64,000 bases of DNA from a bacterium (GTDB lineage Bacteria > Zhuqueibacterota > Zhuqueibacteria > Zhuqueibacterales > Zhuqueibacteraceae). The DNA lies in assembly GCA_037445455.1 (NCBI GenBank), contig JBBIKM010000007.1:366-64365 (forward strand), written 5' to 3'. Below are positions 10,062 to 19,982 of the stretch, in pieces (position 1 is the first letter of the stretch; every line of letters starts with the position of its first letter). Under the pieces are notes generated by a model. The model worked only from the letters and a program-made list of their open reading frames with translations. It was not told the origin of the DNA and did no database searches. The position numbers and the translations under genes were made by a program.

Positions 10062-10556
10062 TCTCCTTAAATATCGGCTCCGGCGCGGTTCTGATTTCTC
10101 TCACTGCGGGCACACGCTGCTGTTGTCACGATGGGGAGACGACGTATGATGGCAATGTCGCCACGCCGGCTGGCCAGGAGAGGGCGAGGCCCCACGCGTT
10201 GCAGGGGAGGGGTCGAATCAGGCCGGCTCTGGCAAACGGCAGGCATTACTTTCGCGGCGCGTGCGAGAGCGTCTGCCTCGAGCTCAGGGGGAGGAATTGA
10301 GCCGGGCGGGCATCCCGGCAGATCATGCATGAGTCGCGCGGAACATTCAACCAAGATGAGATGCCAGGCGGCGTGCCCAGTGGGGCTGCCGCTTTTTCAT
10401 TTCAACAAAAACAAAGCCTTTTGCCGATTCGCACGCAACCTGATTTGACGGAATTCTTGCTTGTATCTCTGCGGCGATTTGCCTATTTTCCGCCACTTGC
10501 TCAGAAACAGAGAGTTTCAGCAACACTGCGCAAGCTGAACCGAAAGCTCGATCCTC

Positions 10557-12518
10557 ATGACCCCGATTCGTTCTGAAGCCGACCGCCTGGCGTTACATTC
10601 CCAAATCCGTGAGAAAATCCGCGAAGTTCGCACCAGGGTGAAAATCAAAGCGCCGGAATTTCCGGCGGACGCATCCTGGCTAAATACCGGCCGGCCGCTC
10701 ACGCTCGCCGAGTTGCGTGGCAAGATCGTGCTGCTGGATTTTTGGACGTACTGCTGCATCAATTGCCTGCACGTGATTCCGGACTTGAAATATCTCGAGG
10801 AAAAATACGCCGGCCGTCCATTCGTGGTTATCGGTGTGCATTCAGCGAAATTTCACAACGAGAGGGAAACGGCGCACATTCGCCAGGCGATTTTGCGCTA
10901 TGAGGTTGAACATCCGGTGGTGGTGGATCAGGATTACAAGATCTGGCAGGCGTACACCGTGCGGGCCTGGCCGACGCTCGTCATGATTGATCCGACCGGC
11001 TACTTGCTCGGCGTTTTTTCCGGTGAGGGCAATCGCGAGATTTTGGACAACTACATCGAAGTCGGCTTGTCAATCTTTCAAGAAGAGGGAAAGCTGGACA
11101 ACTCGCCGTTGCCGCTGGTGCCGGAGCAGCCCGACCGGCCGGAAGCCCTGCTGAATTTTCCCGGCAAGATCGTTGCCGAGGCGCGCACGCAGCGTTTGGT
11201 GATCGCGGATTCCGGCCATCATCGTCTGATCGTCTGCAGCCCGGACGGCACAATTCAAGAGATCATCGGCAGCGGCTTGGCGGGCAATGCCGACGGCGAT
11301 TTCGAAACCGCCCATTTCTACCATCCGCAGGGCCTGGCGTGGCATGGGGAAGACTTGATTGTTTGCGACACCGACAATCACTTGCTGCGCCGGGTGGACT
11401 TTGGCGCGCGCAGCGTGACGACCATTGCCGGCACGGGCGAGCAAGGCGGCTACGGCCAGCGCGGTGGTGCCGGCCGCAAGATTGCGCTCAATTCGCCGTG
11501 GGATATCTTCATCTACGGCGACACCGGCTACCTCGCAATGGCAGGGCCGCACCAGATCTGGTCCATCGATTTGAAGACCAACCGTCTGGAACCGTTTGCG
11601 GGCAGCGGCCATGAGGCCCGCCGGGACGGCGAGCGCCTCAACGCCGCGTTCGCGCAGCCCAGCGGCATCACCGGTGAAGTGATTGGCAGGCAACTGCTGC
11701 GCTTGTTCATCGCCGACAGCGAAATTTCTGCAGTGCGCCAGATTGATCTCCGCACCGATAAAGTCAGCACCCTGGTGGGCGGCGATCTGTTTCAGTTCGG
11801 CGATCATGACGGCAGTGACGACAACGTGCGGCTGCAGCATCCGCTGGGCGTTTGTTTTCACGACGGCAAGCTATGGCTTGCCGACACCTACAATCACAAG
11901 ATCAAAGTGCTGGATCCGAATCTGCGCCTGTGCAAAACCCTGGTGGGGGACGGCAAGCCCGGTCTGAAAAACGGCGCGACCGCGCGCTTCTGCGAGCCGT
12001 CGGGTCTGGCCGTGTTGCAGGGCAGGCTTTACGTGGCCGACACCAACAATCATGCGGTGCGGGTGGTGGATCTGCACACAAAAAACACGACGACGCTGCG
12101 GCTCAAACCGCAAGCCCTGCCGGTGACGGATCATTTGGTGGTGATGGGCACGCCGGTGCAGAGATTGCCCGAGCAAACCCTGCAGCCGGGTGAGGCAACG
12201 CTGCTGATCCGGATCGATTTGCCCCCGGCGAGTGGGTTTAATGAAGGTTCGCCGCTGCAGATTTTGGCGCGCAGCCGCAACCAGGCCCTGCGCCTGCGCA
12301 CCGCCGGCGTGACCCTCGCGCAGCCGCAGGCGGAGATCTCGCTGCCGCTGCAGGTTTCCGCAAGCGACGAAGAAGCGGCGCTGCGTGTGGAGTTGGTCTA
12401 CTATTACTGCGATCACGCCAGTGACCTGTGCCTGATGCGGCAGGCGGTTTACGAAATGCCGGTGAGCATTTCCAGCAGCGGCGGCAGCCAACTGTTGATT
12501 TCAGATTCGCCGGCATGA
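10557..12518 (+). CDS. Thioredoxin-like domain plus NHL repeat protein (NHLRC2-like)
   Basis: LLDFWTYCCINC, IGVHSAKF, AWPT, followed by NHL repeats (LNFPGK, HPQG, LNSPWD, AQPSG, LQHPLG, ADTYNHKIK, EPSG, ADTNNH) and a C-terminal Ig-like domain. Confidence 0.92.
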   Translation: MTPIRSEADRLALHSQIREKIREVRTRVKIKAPEFPADASWLNTGRPLTLAELRGKIVLLDFWTYCCINCLHVIPDLKYLEEKYAGRPFVVIGVHSAKFHNERETAHIRQAILRYEVEHPVVVDQDYKIWQAYTVRAWPTLVMIDPTGYLLGVFSGEGNREILDNYIEVGLSIFQEEGKLDNSPLPLVPEQPDRPEALLNFPGKIVAEARTQRLVIADSGHHRLIVCSPDGTIQEIIGSGLAGNADGDFETAHFYHPQGLAWHGEDLIVCDTDNHLLRRVDFGARSVTTIAGTGEQGGYGQRGGAGRKIALNSPWDIFIYGDTGYLAMAGPHQIWSIDLKTNRLEPFAGSGHEARRDGERLNAAFAQPSGITGEVIGRQLLRLFIADSEISAVRQIDLRTDKVSTLVGGDLFQFGDHDGSDDNVRLQHPLGVCFHDGKLWLADTYNHKIKVLDPNLRLCKTLVGDGKPGLKNGATARFCEPSGLAVLQGRLYVADTNNHAVRVVDLHTKNTTTLRLKPQALPVTDHLVVMGTPVQRLPEQTLQPGEATLLIRIDLPPASGFNEGSPLQILARSRNQALRLRTAGVTLAQPQAEISLPLQVSASDEEAALRVELVYYYCDHASDLCLMRQAVYEMPVSISSSGGSQLLISDSPA

Positions 12519-12606
12519 GCAGCGCTGCCACCGCGAGGGGGGTGCGACCGCACACCCAGGCCGGGCCTGGAGCACCAGAAACACAGAGACGATCTCTTCC
12601 TTCGGC

Positions 12607-15600
12607 TTGATGCAAATCAAAAACGGTGAAATACTCGGATTGGCCAGTCAAGAGGCTTACCGGCGCGGCAGGCGCTGGTATGAATCCGGACGCGTGAGTT
12701 TGCTGGAGACGGATGACGATTTTTTTTCCGCCCGGGTGAATGATTTCCCGTCCCAGCTCGTTTCGATCCAGCGCCATGACAACCAGTTTGTCACGAGTTG
12801 CACCTGTTCGCATCCCACGACCTGCGGGCATGTGGTGGCGGCGTTGCTGCAGGCGCGAGACTACTATGCCTCTCCAGACTATGTGAGCCAATCAGAAAAG
12901 AAATCCACCCGTAACGGCAAGCTGGCAGCCGCGCCGGAGTCCAAAAGCTGGCGTGAGCTGATCACCAACGTCCATCATCCCCGCAGGAGCGCGGCACCGT
13001 TGCACCCGGCGCCGGCAACCGAACGCAAGGGTTGGGGCGTTTACTTCACCTTGACCTTGCGGCCGCAGGAATGGCAGATCATTCCGTATCGCGGCCGCCG
13101 GCGCAAGGACGGCTCCTATGGCGCGGCCTATCCCACTTCCATTCATGAGCAGCCCTATTACCGTGTGAACTGCACACAGCGCGAAAATCTGGCGCTGATG
13201 ATGCTGGACAACTTTGGCGAAAAGAGGTACAGCGCGCCGCAATACCCCTTCAACAGTTACAACGATCGGGTGGGCTACACCCTGGGCTACGGTGCGGAAA
13301 TCGGCATGCTGTTCGACTTGCTGCGCGACAGCGAATTCTTCTGGCAGGATGACCTCGAGCGCATCCGGCCGCTGCAAGTGGAAGCCACGCCCAGCCGCTT
13401 TCAGATTCGTCTCGAGAATGTGGAGAACGGCATCCTGCTGCGCCCTGTGCTGATTCGCAACCATGAAGTCCTGGTGATTGGCCCGCGCACCCGGTTGTTG
13501 AGCACGCAGCCCGCCTGGGTGGTGCACGAAGACGAGCTGATCAAGCTGGAGGGCAATCCGCCGCGCGAGTTTCTGCTTTCGCTCGCGGGCAGCAGCGCGG
13601 AGTTGCGCGTGCCGCAGTCCGAGCTGGGTGAGTTCTTTGCCTCGCTCGAGCGCGTTCCCGGACTGCTCCCGCATTTTGTTCTGCCGCAATCCGAAAACAT
13701 CCCGGTGATCGACGACTTCACCGAGAAAAGCCTGCATCTGAGTGAACAGTATGACAACCTGCTGGTGCGCCTGGCTTTCGTTTATGGCGGCAAGGAAGTG
13801 GCATGCCAGACGCCGGAGGAGGCGATGGCCGCGGACGCCGGCACGGAACTGTTGTTGCATCACGGCGAGGGCCTGAATTTCTTGCGCGTGCGCCGCAATC
13901 AGCCGGCAGAAATGGCGGCGCGCGAGGCGCTGGTCGCCTCCGGCGCACGGCAAAGCAGCACGGGCGAGTTTGTGCTGCGGGAAAGCCGGGCGCTGGACTG
14001 GCTGTTGTTCGAGCTGCCCAAGCTGATTGCACAAGGGTTCGTGGTCCACGGGGAAGACCGCCTCAAACAATTTCGCGTGAACCGCGCGCAACCGCAGTTG
14101 CGCATGGCGGTCAATACCGAAATCGACTGGTTCGACTGCCGCCTCGGCATCGATTTCAACGGCATTGCGCTTTCGCTGAAGGAACTGCGCAAATCGCTGG
14201 TGCATCAAACCCGCTACGTCAAGCTGAGTGACGGCAGCACGGCCCTGCTGCCGGAAGACTGGCAGCAGCGCCTGGCGCACATGTTCAACCTCGGCGAAAT
14301 CGAGAGCGACCGGGTCAAGGTCTCACGTCATCATCTCACGCTCATCGATGCCCTGCTCGAGGAGGCGGACAGCCGGGAAACCGACGAGGCCTATCGGGAA
14401 AGCCTGGAGCGGCTGCGCAATTTCAAGGGCATCCAGTCGCAGCCCCTCCCCACGCGCTTTCGCGGCACGCTGCGCATGTATCAGAAGCGGGGGCTGGACT
14501 GGCTCTACTTCCTGCAGGAATTCCGCTTTGGCGGCTGTCTGGCGGACGACATGGGTTTGGGCAAAACCATCCAGGCGCTGGCCCTGCTGCAGAGCGAGAA
14601 GGACCGCGGCATCACCACACCGAGCTTGATCGTGTGCCCCACCTCGGCGCTGTTCAACTGGCAAAACGAGCTGGAGCGCTTCACGCCCGCGCTGCAGGTT
14701 TTGACCCACGCCGGCATGGAGCGCCGCCGCGCCAAGAATTTCGACGGCTATGACGTGGTGCTGATGAGTTACGGCATTCTGCGCCGTGACATCGAGTTTC
14801 TGCAAAACGTCCGGTTTCATTATGCCATTCTCGATGAATCGCAGCACATCAAGAATCCGCTGTCACAGACCGCCAAGGCCGCGCGCATCCTGCAGGCCAG
14901 CCATCGCCTGGTGCTCACGGGCACGCCGGTGGAGAACAACACGCAGGAGTTGTGGAGCCAGTTCAATTTTCTCAATCCCGGCCTGTTGGGCAGTCTCAAT
15001 TATTTCCGCAACGCGTTTGCCCGGCCGATCGAGCGCGAGCGCGACCAGACCGCGGCCAGCCTGTTGCGCCGGCTGATCTTCCCCTTCATTCTGCGCCGCA
15101 CCAAGCAGGAAGTGGCGCAGGAACTGCCGGCCAAGGTCGAGAATCTTTTCTACTGCGACATGCTGCCGGAGCAGCGCAAGCTCTATGAACGCTGGCGCGA
15201 TTACTATCGCGCGCACGTGATGCACCAGATCGATCTGCAGGGGCTGGAGCGTTCGCGCATGTACGTGTTGGAGGGCCTGGTGCGGTTGCGGCAGATTTGC
15301 TGCCATCCTTCGCTCATCGACCAGCAGGTGGCGCCGGCGTCGGGCAAGTTCGATGCGCTCAATGACCTGTTGGAGAACATTTTGGCCGAGGATCATAAAG
15401 TCTTGGTGTTTTCCCAATTTGTGCGTATGTTGCGGATCATCTGCCAGCGGCTCGACGCACAGGGCATTCCCTACGCCTATCTCGACGGCCACACGCGTGA
15501 CCGCCAGGCGCAGGTCGACCGGTTCCAGAATGACCCCAAGACGCGGGTGTTTCTCATCAGCCTCAAGGCCGGTGGGTTCAGCCTGAATTTGACGGCGGCG

Positions 15601-15846
15601 GATTATGTGATTTTGTATGACCCCTGGTGGAATCCGGCGGCGGAGGCCCAGGCGATCGACCGCACCCACCGCATCGGCCAGGAGAAGAAGGTGTTCGCTT
15701 ACAAGCTCATTGTGCGCAATTCGGTCGAGGAGAAGATTTTGCAGTTGCAGGAACGGAAACGGGCCATAGTCGCGGATTTGATCACGACCGATGCCGGCTT
15801 GTTCAAGCAACTGAGCGCCGAGGATATCGAAGTTCTGTTCAGCTAA
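12607..15846 (+). CDS. SWIM zinc finger / SNF2-family helicase
   Basis: CTCSHPTTCGH (SWIM), LADDMGLGKT, DESQ, LTGTPVEN, LRRTK, FSQF, YLDG, ISLKAGG, DPWWNP, QAIDRTHRIGQ. Confidence 0.95.
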   Translation: MMQIKNGEILGLASQEAYRRGRRWYESGRVSLLETDDDFFSARVNDFPSQLVSIQRHDNQFVTSCTCSHPTTCGHVVAALLQARDYYASPDYVSQSEKKSTRNGKLAAAPESKSWRELITNVHHPRRSAAPLHPAPATERKGWGVYFTLTLRPQEWQIIPYRGRRRKDGSYGAAYPTSIHEQPYYRVNCTQRENLALMMLDNFGEKRYSAPQYPFNSYNDRVGYTLGYGAEIGMLFDLLRDSEFFWQDDLERIRPLQVEATPSRFQIRLENVENGILLRPVLIRNHEVLVIGPRTRLLSTQPAWVVHEDELIKLEGNPPREFLLSLAGSSAELRVPQSELGEFFASLERVPGLLPHFVLPQSENIPVIDDFTEKSLHLSEQYDNLLVRLAFVYGGKEVACQTPEEAMAADAGTELLLHHGEGLNFLRVRRNQPAEMAAREALVASGARQSSTGEFVLRESRALDWLLFELPKLIAQGFVVHGEDRLKQFRVNRAQPQLRMAVNTEIDWFDCRLGIDFNGIALSLKELRKSLVHQTRYVKLSDGSTALLPEDWQQRLAHMFNLGEIESDRVKVSRHHLTLIDALLEEADSRETDEAYRESLERLRNFKGIQSQPLPTRFRGTLRMYQKRGLDWLYFLQEFRFGGCLADDMGLGKTIQALALLQSEKDRGITTPSLIVCPTSALFNWQNELERFTPALQVLTHAGMERRRAKNFDGYDVVLMSYGILRRDIEFLQNVRFHYAILDESQHIKNPLSQTAKAARILQASHRLVLTGTPVENNTQELWSQFNFLNPGLLGSLNYFRNAFARPIERERDQTAASLLRRLIFPFILRRTKQEVAQELPAKVENLFYCDMLPEQRKLYERWRDYYRAHVMHQIDLQGLERSRMYVLEGLVRLRQICCHPSLIDQQVAPASGKFDALNDLLENILAEDHKVLVFSQFVRMLRIICQRLDAQGIPYAYLDGHTRDRQAQVDRFQNDPKTRVFLISLKAGGFSLNLTAADYVILYDPWWNPAAEAQAIDRTHRIGQEKKVFAYKLIVRNSVEEKILQLQERKRAIVADLITTDAGLFKQLSAEDIEVLFS

Positions 15847-16067
15847 AAGACGTTGCGGCTGCCGGGCTGCTTGTGAATTGATGAGCCGGCGGCCGTTGCA
15901 CCGCATGCCGCAACGAGATCTAACCCACTCCCGCTCATCAGTTCGTCCCGACCTGTTTCGCGAGTCAGTTGCACCGACGCGTCGCGATGTAACCCGAGAA
16001 TGCGGGCTGATTCATCCACTCGCCCTCCCGGCGAGTGGCGACCTATTAATCAATGGAGTCTGGTACC

Positions 16068-16412
16068 GTGAACATCTACGTAGGCAACATCGCACGGTCG
16101 GTGACGGAAGATGAGCTTCGCGATGCTTTTGCAGCGCATGGCGAGGTGGCTTCGGTGACGCTTATCAAGGACAAGTTCACCGGAGAGCCGCGCGGCTTCG
16201 CCTTTGTCGAGATGCCCTCGAAGGCGCAGGCCATGGCGGCGATGAAGGAGATGGACGGCAAGGAATTGCAGGGCCGCTCCTTGATCGTGAACGAAGCCCG
16301 TCCCAAGACTGACAAGCGCAGTGGCGGTGGCGGCGGTGGCCGGGGCACGGGCGGTGGCCGCGGTGGTCGTGGCGGCGGTGGCGGCCGGGGCGGCTTCGGC
16401 GGCCGGTTCTAA
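16068..16412 (+). CDS. RRM RNA-binding protein with Gly/Arg-rich (RGG) tail
   Basis: RNP2 IYVGNI, RNP1 RGFAFVEM, VNEARPK, then GGRGG repeats. GTG start at 16068 after TGGAG. Confidence 0.93.
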   Translation: MNIYVGNIARSVTEDELRDAFAAHGEVASVTLIKDKFTGEPRGFAFVEMPSKAQAMAAMKEMDGKELQGRSLIVNEARPKTDKRSGGGGGGRGTGGGRGGRGGGGGRGGFGGRF

Positions 16413-16507
16413 TCACCTTGATTTCTCGCCAACTCGACGGTTGCTCTGCTTTGGCTGCAGGGCTTGCACTGACCGGCACCTGAAGGCACCCTTCACGCGC
16501 ATCTGTC

Positions 16508-17689
16508 ATGCTCCAGATCGTTGCTGACGAGAACATTCCCTTTGTCCAGTCGGCATTCGAGACGCTGGGCTCGGTTCGTCTCCTGCCTGGCCGCGCCATC
16601 ACGGCTGCGGTTCTGCAGGAGGCGGACCTGTTGCTGGTGCGCTCGATCACGCCGGTTAATGCCGGCTTGTTGCATGGCACGCGGGTAAAGTTCGTGGCCA
16701 CGGCGACGATCGGCGCGGACCACGTCGATCGTGAATACCTGCAGCAGCGAAACATCCAATTCGCCACGGCTGCCGGCTGCAATGCCAACGCCGTGGCGGA
16801 ATATGTTTGCTGCGCATTGCTGCACTGGGCCGTGCAGCGGGAGCTTGCGCTCACGCGGCTGACCATCGGCATTGTGGGTGTCGGCAACGTCGGCTCCCGG
16901 GTCGCGCAAAAGGCGCGCGCGCTGGGCCTGCAAGTTTTGCTCAACGACCCACCGCGCGCCCGTGCCGAAAAAAACTCTGCTGCGTCTGCCGCCCCTGCCT
17001 TTCTTCCCCTGACGGAATTGCTGCAGGCGGATATTCTCACCCTGCACACGCCGTTGACGCGCAACGGCCCTGATCCCACCTTTCATCTCATCAATGAGAA
17101 AATTCTGCGGCAAATGCGGCCCCCAAGCCTGCTGATCAACACCGCGCGCGGGCCGGTGGTTGACAATCGCGCTCTCCGTGAGAGTCTGCAGCGCGGCCGG
17201 CTCGCCGGCGCGATCCTCGATGTGTGGGAGGGTGAGCCGCAGATTGATGCGGAATTGGTGAGACGCACGACCCTGGCCACGCCGCACATTGCCGGATATT
17301 CTTTCGAAGGCAAGCTGCGCGCCACGCTGATGATCTATGAAGCGGCCTGCCGCTTTCTCGGTGTGGCGCCGGCCTGGAACGTGGCGCCTTTTGTGCCGCC
17401 GGTCCCTGCGCCCCGCATTGAAATGGCAGAACCGGCGCAGCCCACCGTCGAGCGCCAACTGCAGGCCGTCGTTCGCCGGGTGTATGATATTCGCGATGAT
17501 GATGCCCGCCTGCGCCAGGGCTTTGCCGACCCGCATGCCACTCCGGACGAGCAGGGCCGCTGGTTCGACAAATTGCGCCACGACTACAACTACCGCCGGG
17601 AGTTTGCCAACTATCGCGTGGCCGCCCGCGGCCTGTCGTCCGCAGTGCTGGAGAAACTGCGGGGAATCGGCTTCACCATCGAGCAATAA
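16508..17689 (+). CDS. pdxB: Erythronate-4-phosphate dehydrogenase
   Basis: IVADENIP, LLVRSIT, ATATIGADHVD, GCNANAVAEY, GVGNVG, LHTPL, LDVWEGEP, TPHIAGYS, C-terminal YDIR-DD and LRHDYNYRREF. Confidence 0.93.
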   Translation: MLQIVADENIPFVQSAFETLGSVRLLPGRAITAAVLQEADLLLVRSITPVNAGLLHGTRVKFVATATIGADHVDREYLQQRNIQFATAAGCNANAVAEYVCCALLHWAVQRELALTRLTIGIVGVGNVGSRVAQKARALGLQVLLNDPPRARAEKNSAASAAPAFLPLTELLQADILTLHTPLTRNGPDPTFHLINEKILRQMRPPSLLINTARGPVVDNRALRESLQRGRLAGAILDVWEGEPQIDAELVRRTTLATPHIAGYSFEGKLRATLMIYEAACRFLGVAPAWNVAPFVPPVPAPRIEMAEPAQPTVERQLQAVVRRVYDIRDDDARLRQGFADPHATPDEQGRWFDKLRHDYNYRREFANYRVAARGLSSAVLEKLRGIGFTIEQ

Positions 17690-18479
17690 ACGTTTGAGTT
17701 CAACTCGCCTGGAACCAGTTGTCGCTCTTTTTGGGGTGAAATCGCTGCTTTGAAAGCAAAAGCTATTTTTTCCAACCGATCGCAACAGCCCGGTCAAGTT
17801 GGAAGTTTGTCCATGTTGCCACCACACTCGAAGTCTTGGGAACCCCGGCTTCGCCAGGAGGGGAGCATTTTCGAGCAGACTCTGGGAATCAAGCGTGGTG
17901 AAAAGACCGGGCTGGGCGACGGGAGTCAGGAGGAGAGGTGGCAGGGATCGCGCAAGAGCTTCTTGAATTGCGCAGAGATTTGTCTTGACAATGCCGGCAA
18001 ATTTTGCTATAAACACGCCACGCGAAAAGCAAGGCTGTTTGATTTTACGCAATGCCGTTTCCCCGCCTCGTATGCAGTTGCAGGACGCATAGAAATTCCG
18101 ATCCAAAAATTCTGAGGGCAGCAGCCTGTTGGTTGCAGCGCCGTTGCGAGCCAAGGCTCTTTCTTAGCCAAAATGCAGTTGGGTGAAGGGCGTATTTCGC
18201 CCGCGCCGGTGTAATGCCGTTTTCTGCTTTTTCAGTGTGCAGCGCTGTGCCGATCTTGCTGCAGTAAAACAAGAAAGGCTACCGACGGACCGCCAAGTCA
18301 AGCGTCGATAGCCTCAAGTTCTGCGAAAACGAAGCCGCCTTTTGGATTCGCCCCGCTTCCTTTTTGTGCTGCACTGAAGGAAACCGGGCGTTACGCCAGG
18401 CTTTTTCGTTTCCGCTGGTAAGACGAACTGCCCACAGAAAAGGTTGCAGCAAATTTTGACTTTCTTTTGGGAAGTTTCT

Positions 18480-19835
18480 ATGGACAAAATCAAATTACCA
18501 GTCCTGCTGTGCATTTTGATGCCGCTTTTGCCGTGGCGCGTGCTGGCCCAGTTCGAAGACCCCGACAATGCACTCGGCATCGTCTCGCAGCGATTTTTTG
18601 CCCGCTCGCGTGACCGGCAATTTGAGCTGAACTTCCGTCGGGCGGGTGCAGCGGCCCTGGGAATGGGCGGCGCCTATGCCGCCAGTACCCGTTCCTTGGA
18701 TGCCATGGTCTGGAATCCCGCCGGTTTGACGCAGTTGTCCGGCCTCAACCTCTCTTTCAATGGCAGTTTCAATCTCAACGGCCAGGAGGTCGGCGTGCAG
18801 CCTCTCGCCGGCCGCAAAGTCGTATCGGAGATTGATCCCCGGCTGTTGCCCACCTTTGCCGGTGCGGCCTATTCCTTCAGCCTGGGCGAGCGCCGGGTGA
18901 CGGCCGGTGCGGCCTATCATCGCATGAGCCCGCTGGCACAAAAGACTACCGACACTTTTTATATCTATCCCGCCGGCACGTACGCCGCGGTGGAAATTCC
19001 TTCCGGCAGCCTTTACGCCTTCACGCCTGCGCTGGCCGTCGACCTGTTGCCGCAGCTCAGCCTGGGTGCCAGCCTTCACGTGCTCGATGGTTTTTCGAAG
19101 TACAAACTCGAGCTCAAGTCCACGTTTCTCGATGAAACAGTCTTCTATGCCTTTGGCGACGAGGAATCGTACTCCGGTTCGTTTGCGACCGTCGGCATGC
19201 AAGCCCGGCCGGCCGCATGGTTGGCACTGGGTGCCACGCTCACGCCCGGCTGGCAGTTCAAAATCGCGGAGCAGCGCGAGTTCGTGTATTTCACTGCCGC
19301 CGGCCTCAACACCGGCGAACCCGGCGAAACCTATGACACACCGGCCAGCCAGCTCAACGAGTTCAAACTGGATATTCCACTATTTTATACGCTGGGCATC
19401 GCCCTCAAGCCGAAGCCGCAGTTGACGCTGGCGTTTGACTATGAAGCCAAACCCTGGGCCGCAGCACGGGTGTCGATTGACGGCGCCCGGCAGGAAGCCG
19501 GCCTGCTCGACGGCAACGCGATTCACCTGGGGTTGGAATATCTCGCGGCCACGCGGTGGGCCGAGTTTCCTCTGCGTTTCGGATTCTACACCGATCCCAG
19601 CCCTTACAAGGATCGCTACTTCCAGGGGCGCTACTTGGGCGAGCAAATTAAAGCCAACGTGATGACCTTCGGCATTGGCTTGCGTAAAGCCTCCTGGAGT
19701 GTGGAGGCAGCCTTCGAGCGCGGCAAGCGGGAGATGGAATGGTGGCTCGACTCCGGCGATTTCTACAACGATCGGCCTTCCACCACCGAGCAGAGATTCA
19801 ACGAGATCACCTTTGCCATCACCCACGGTTTTTGA
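18480..19835 (+). CDS. OmpP1/FadL-family outer-membrane beta-barrel protein
   Basis: Signal peptide, GAAALGMGGAY..AMVWNPAGL motif, amphipathic strands, C-terminal aromatic residue (..ITHGF). Confidence 0.8.
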   Translation: MDKIKLPVLLCILMPLLPWRVLAQFEDPDNALGIVSQRFFARSRDRQFELNFRRAGAAALGMGGAYAASTRSLDAMVWNPAGLTQLSGLNLSFNGSFNLNGQEVGVQPLAGRKVVSEIDPRLLPTFAGAAYSFSLGERRVTAGAAYHRMSPLAQKTTDTFYIYPAGTYAAVEIPSGSLYAFTPALAVDLLPQLSLGASLHVLDGFSKYKLELKSTFLDETVFYAFGDEESYSGSFATVGMQARPAAWLALGATLTPGWQFKIAEQREFVYFTAAGLNTGEPGETYDTPASQLNEFKLDIPLFYTLGIALKPKPQLTLAFDYEAKPWAAARVSIDGARQEAGLLDGNAIHLGLEYLAATRWAEFPLRFGFYTDPSPYKDRYFQGRYLGEQIKANVMTFGIGLRKASWSVEAAFERGKREMEWWLDSGDFYNDRPSTTEQRFNEITFAITHGF

Positions 19836-19982
19836 TTTGTGAAAGAGTGAGGCTGGCATGACGCCCGCGGCCGGCAGTGCGGATCAAGAGACAGCCCGCG
19901 CGAGCGGGCGGACGGGGCCGCTGCCTACCGCCGGATTTTTCGCATGCGTCTGAATTCGCTCCAAGAGAGTGGAGGTTGAACT

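Noticed and set aside
12607-15846. SNF2 helicase as part of an antiphage defence system
   Set aside because: It has the common stand-alone SWIM-SNF2 architecture with housekeeping neighbours, and no methylase, nuclease or other defence partner is adjacent.
17690-18479. Long intergenic region before the FadL-like gene as a riboswitch or sRNA (ORF 17750-18115)
   Set aside because: No recognisable riboswitch consensus (cobalamin, TPP, c-di-GMP), and the ORF has no motif. An Rfam scan would be needed.
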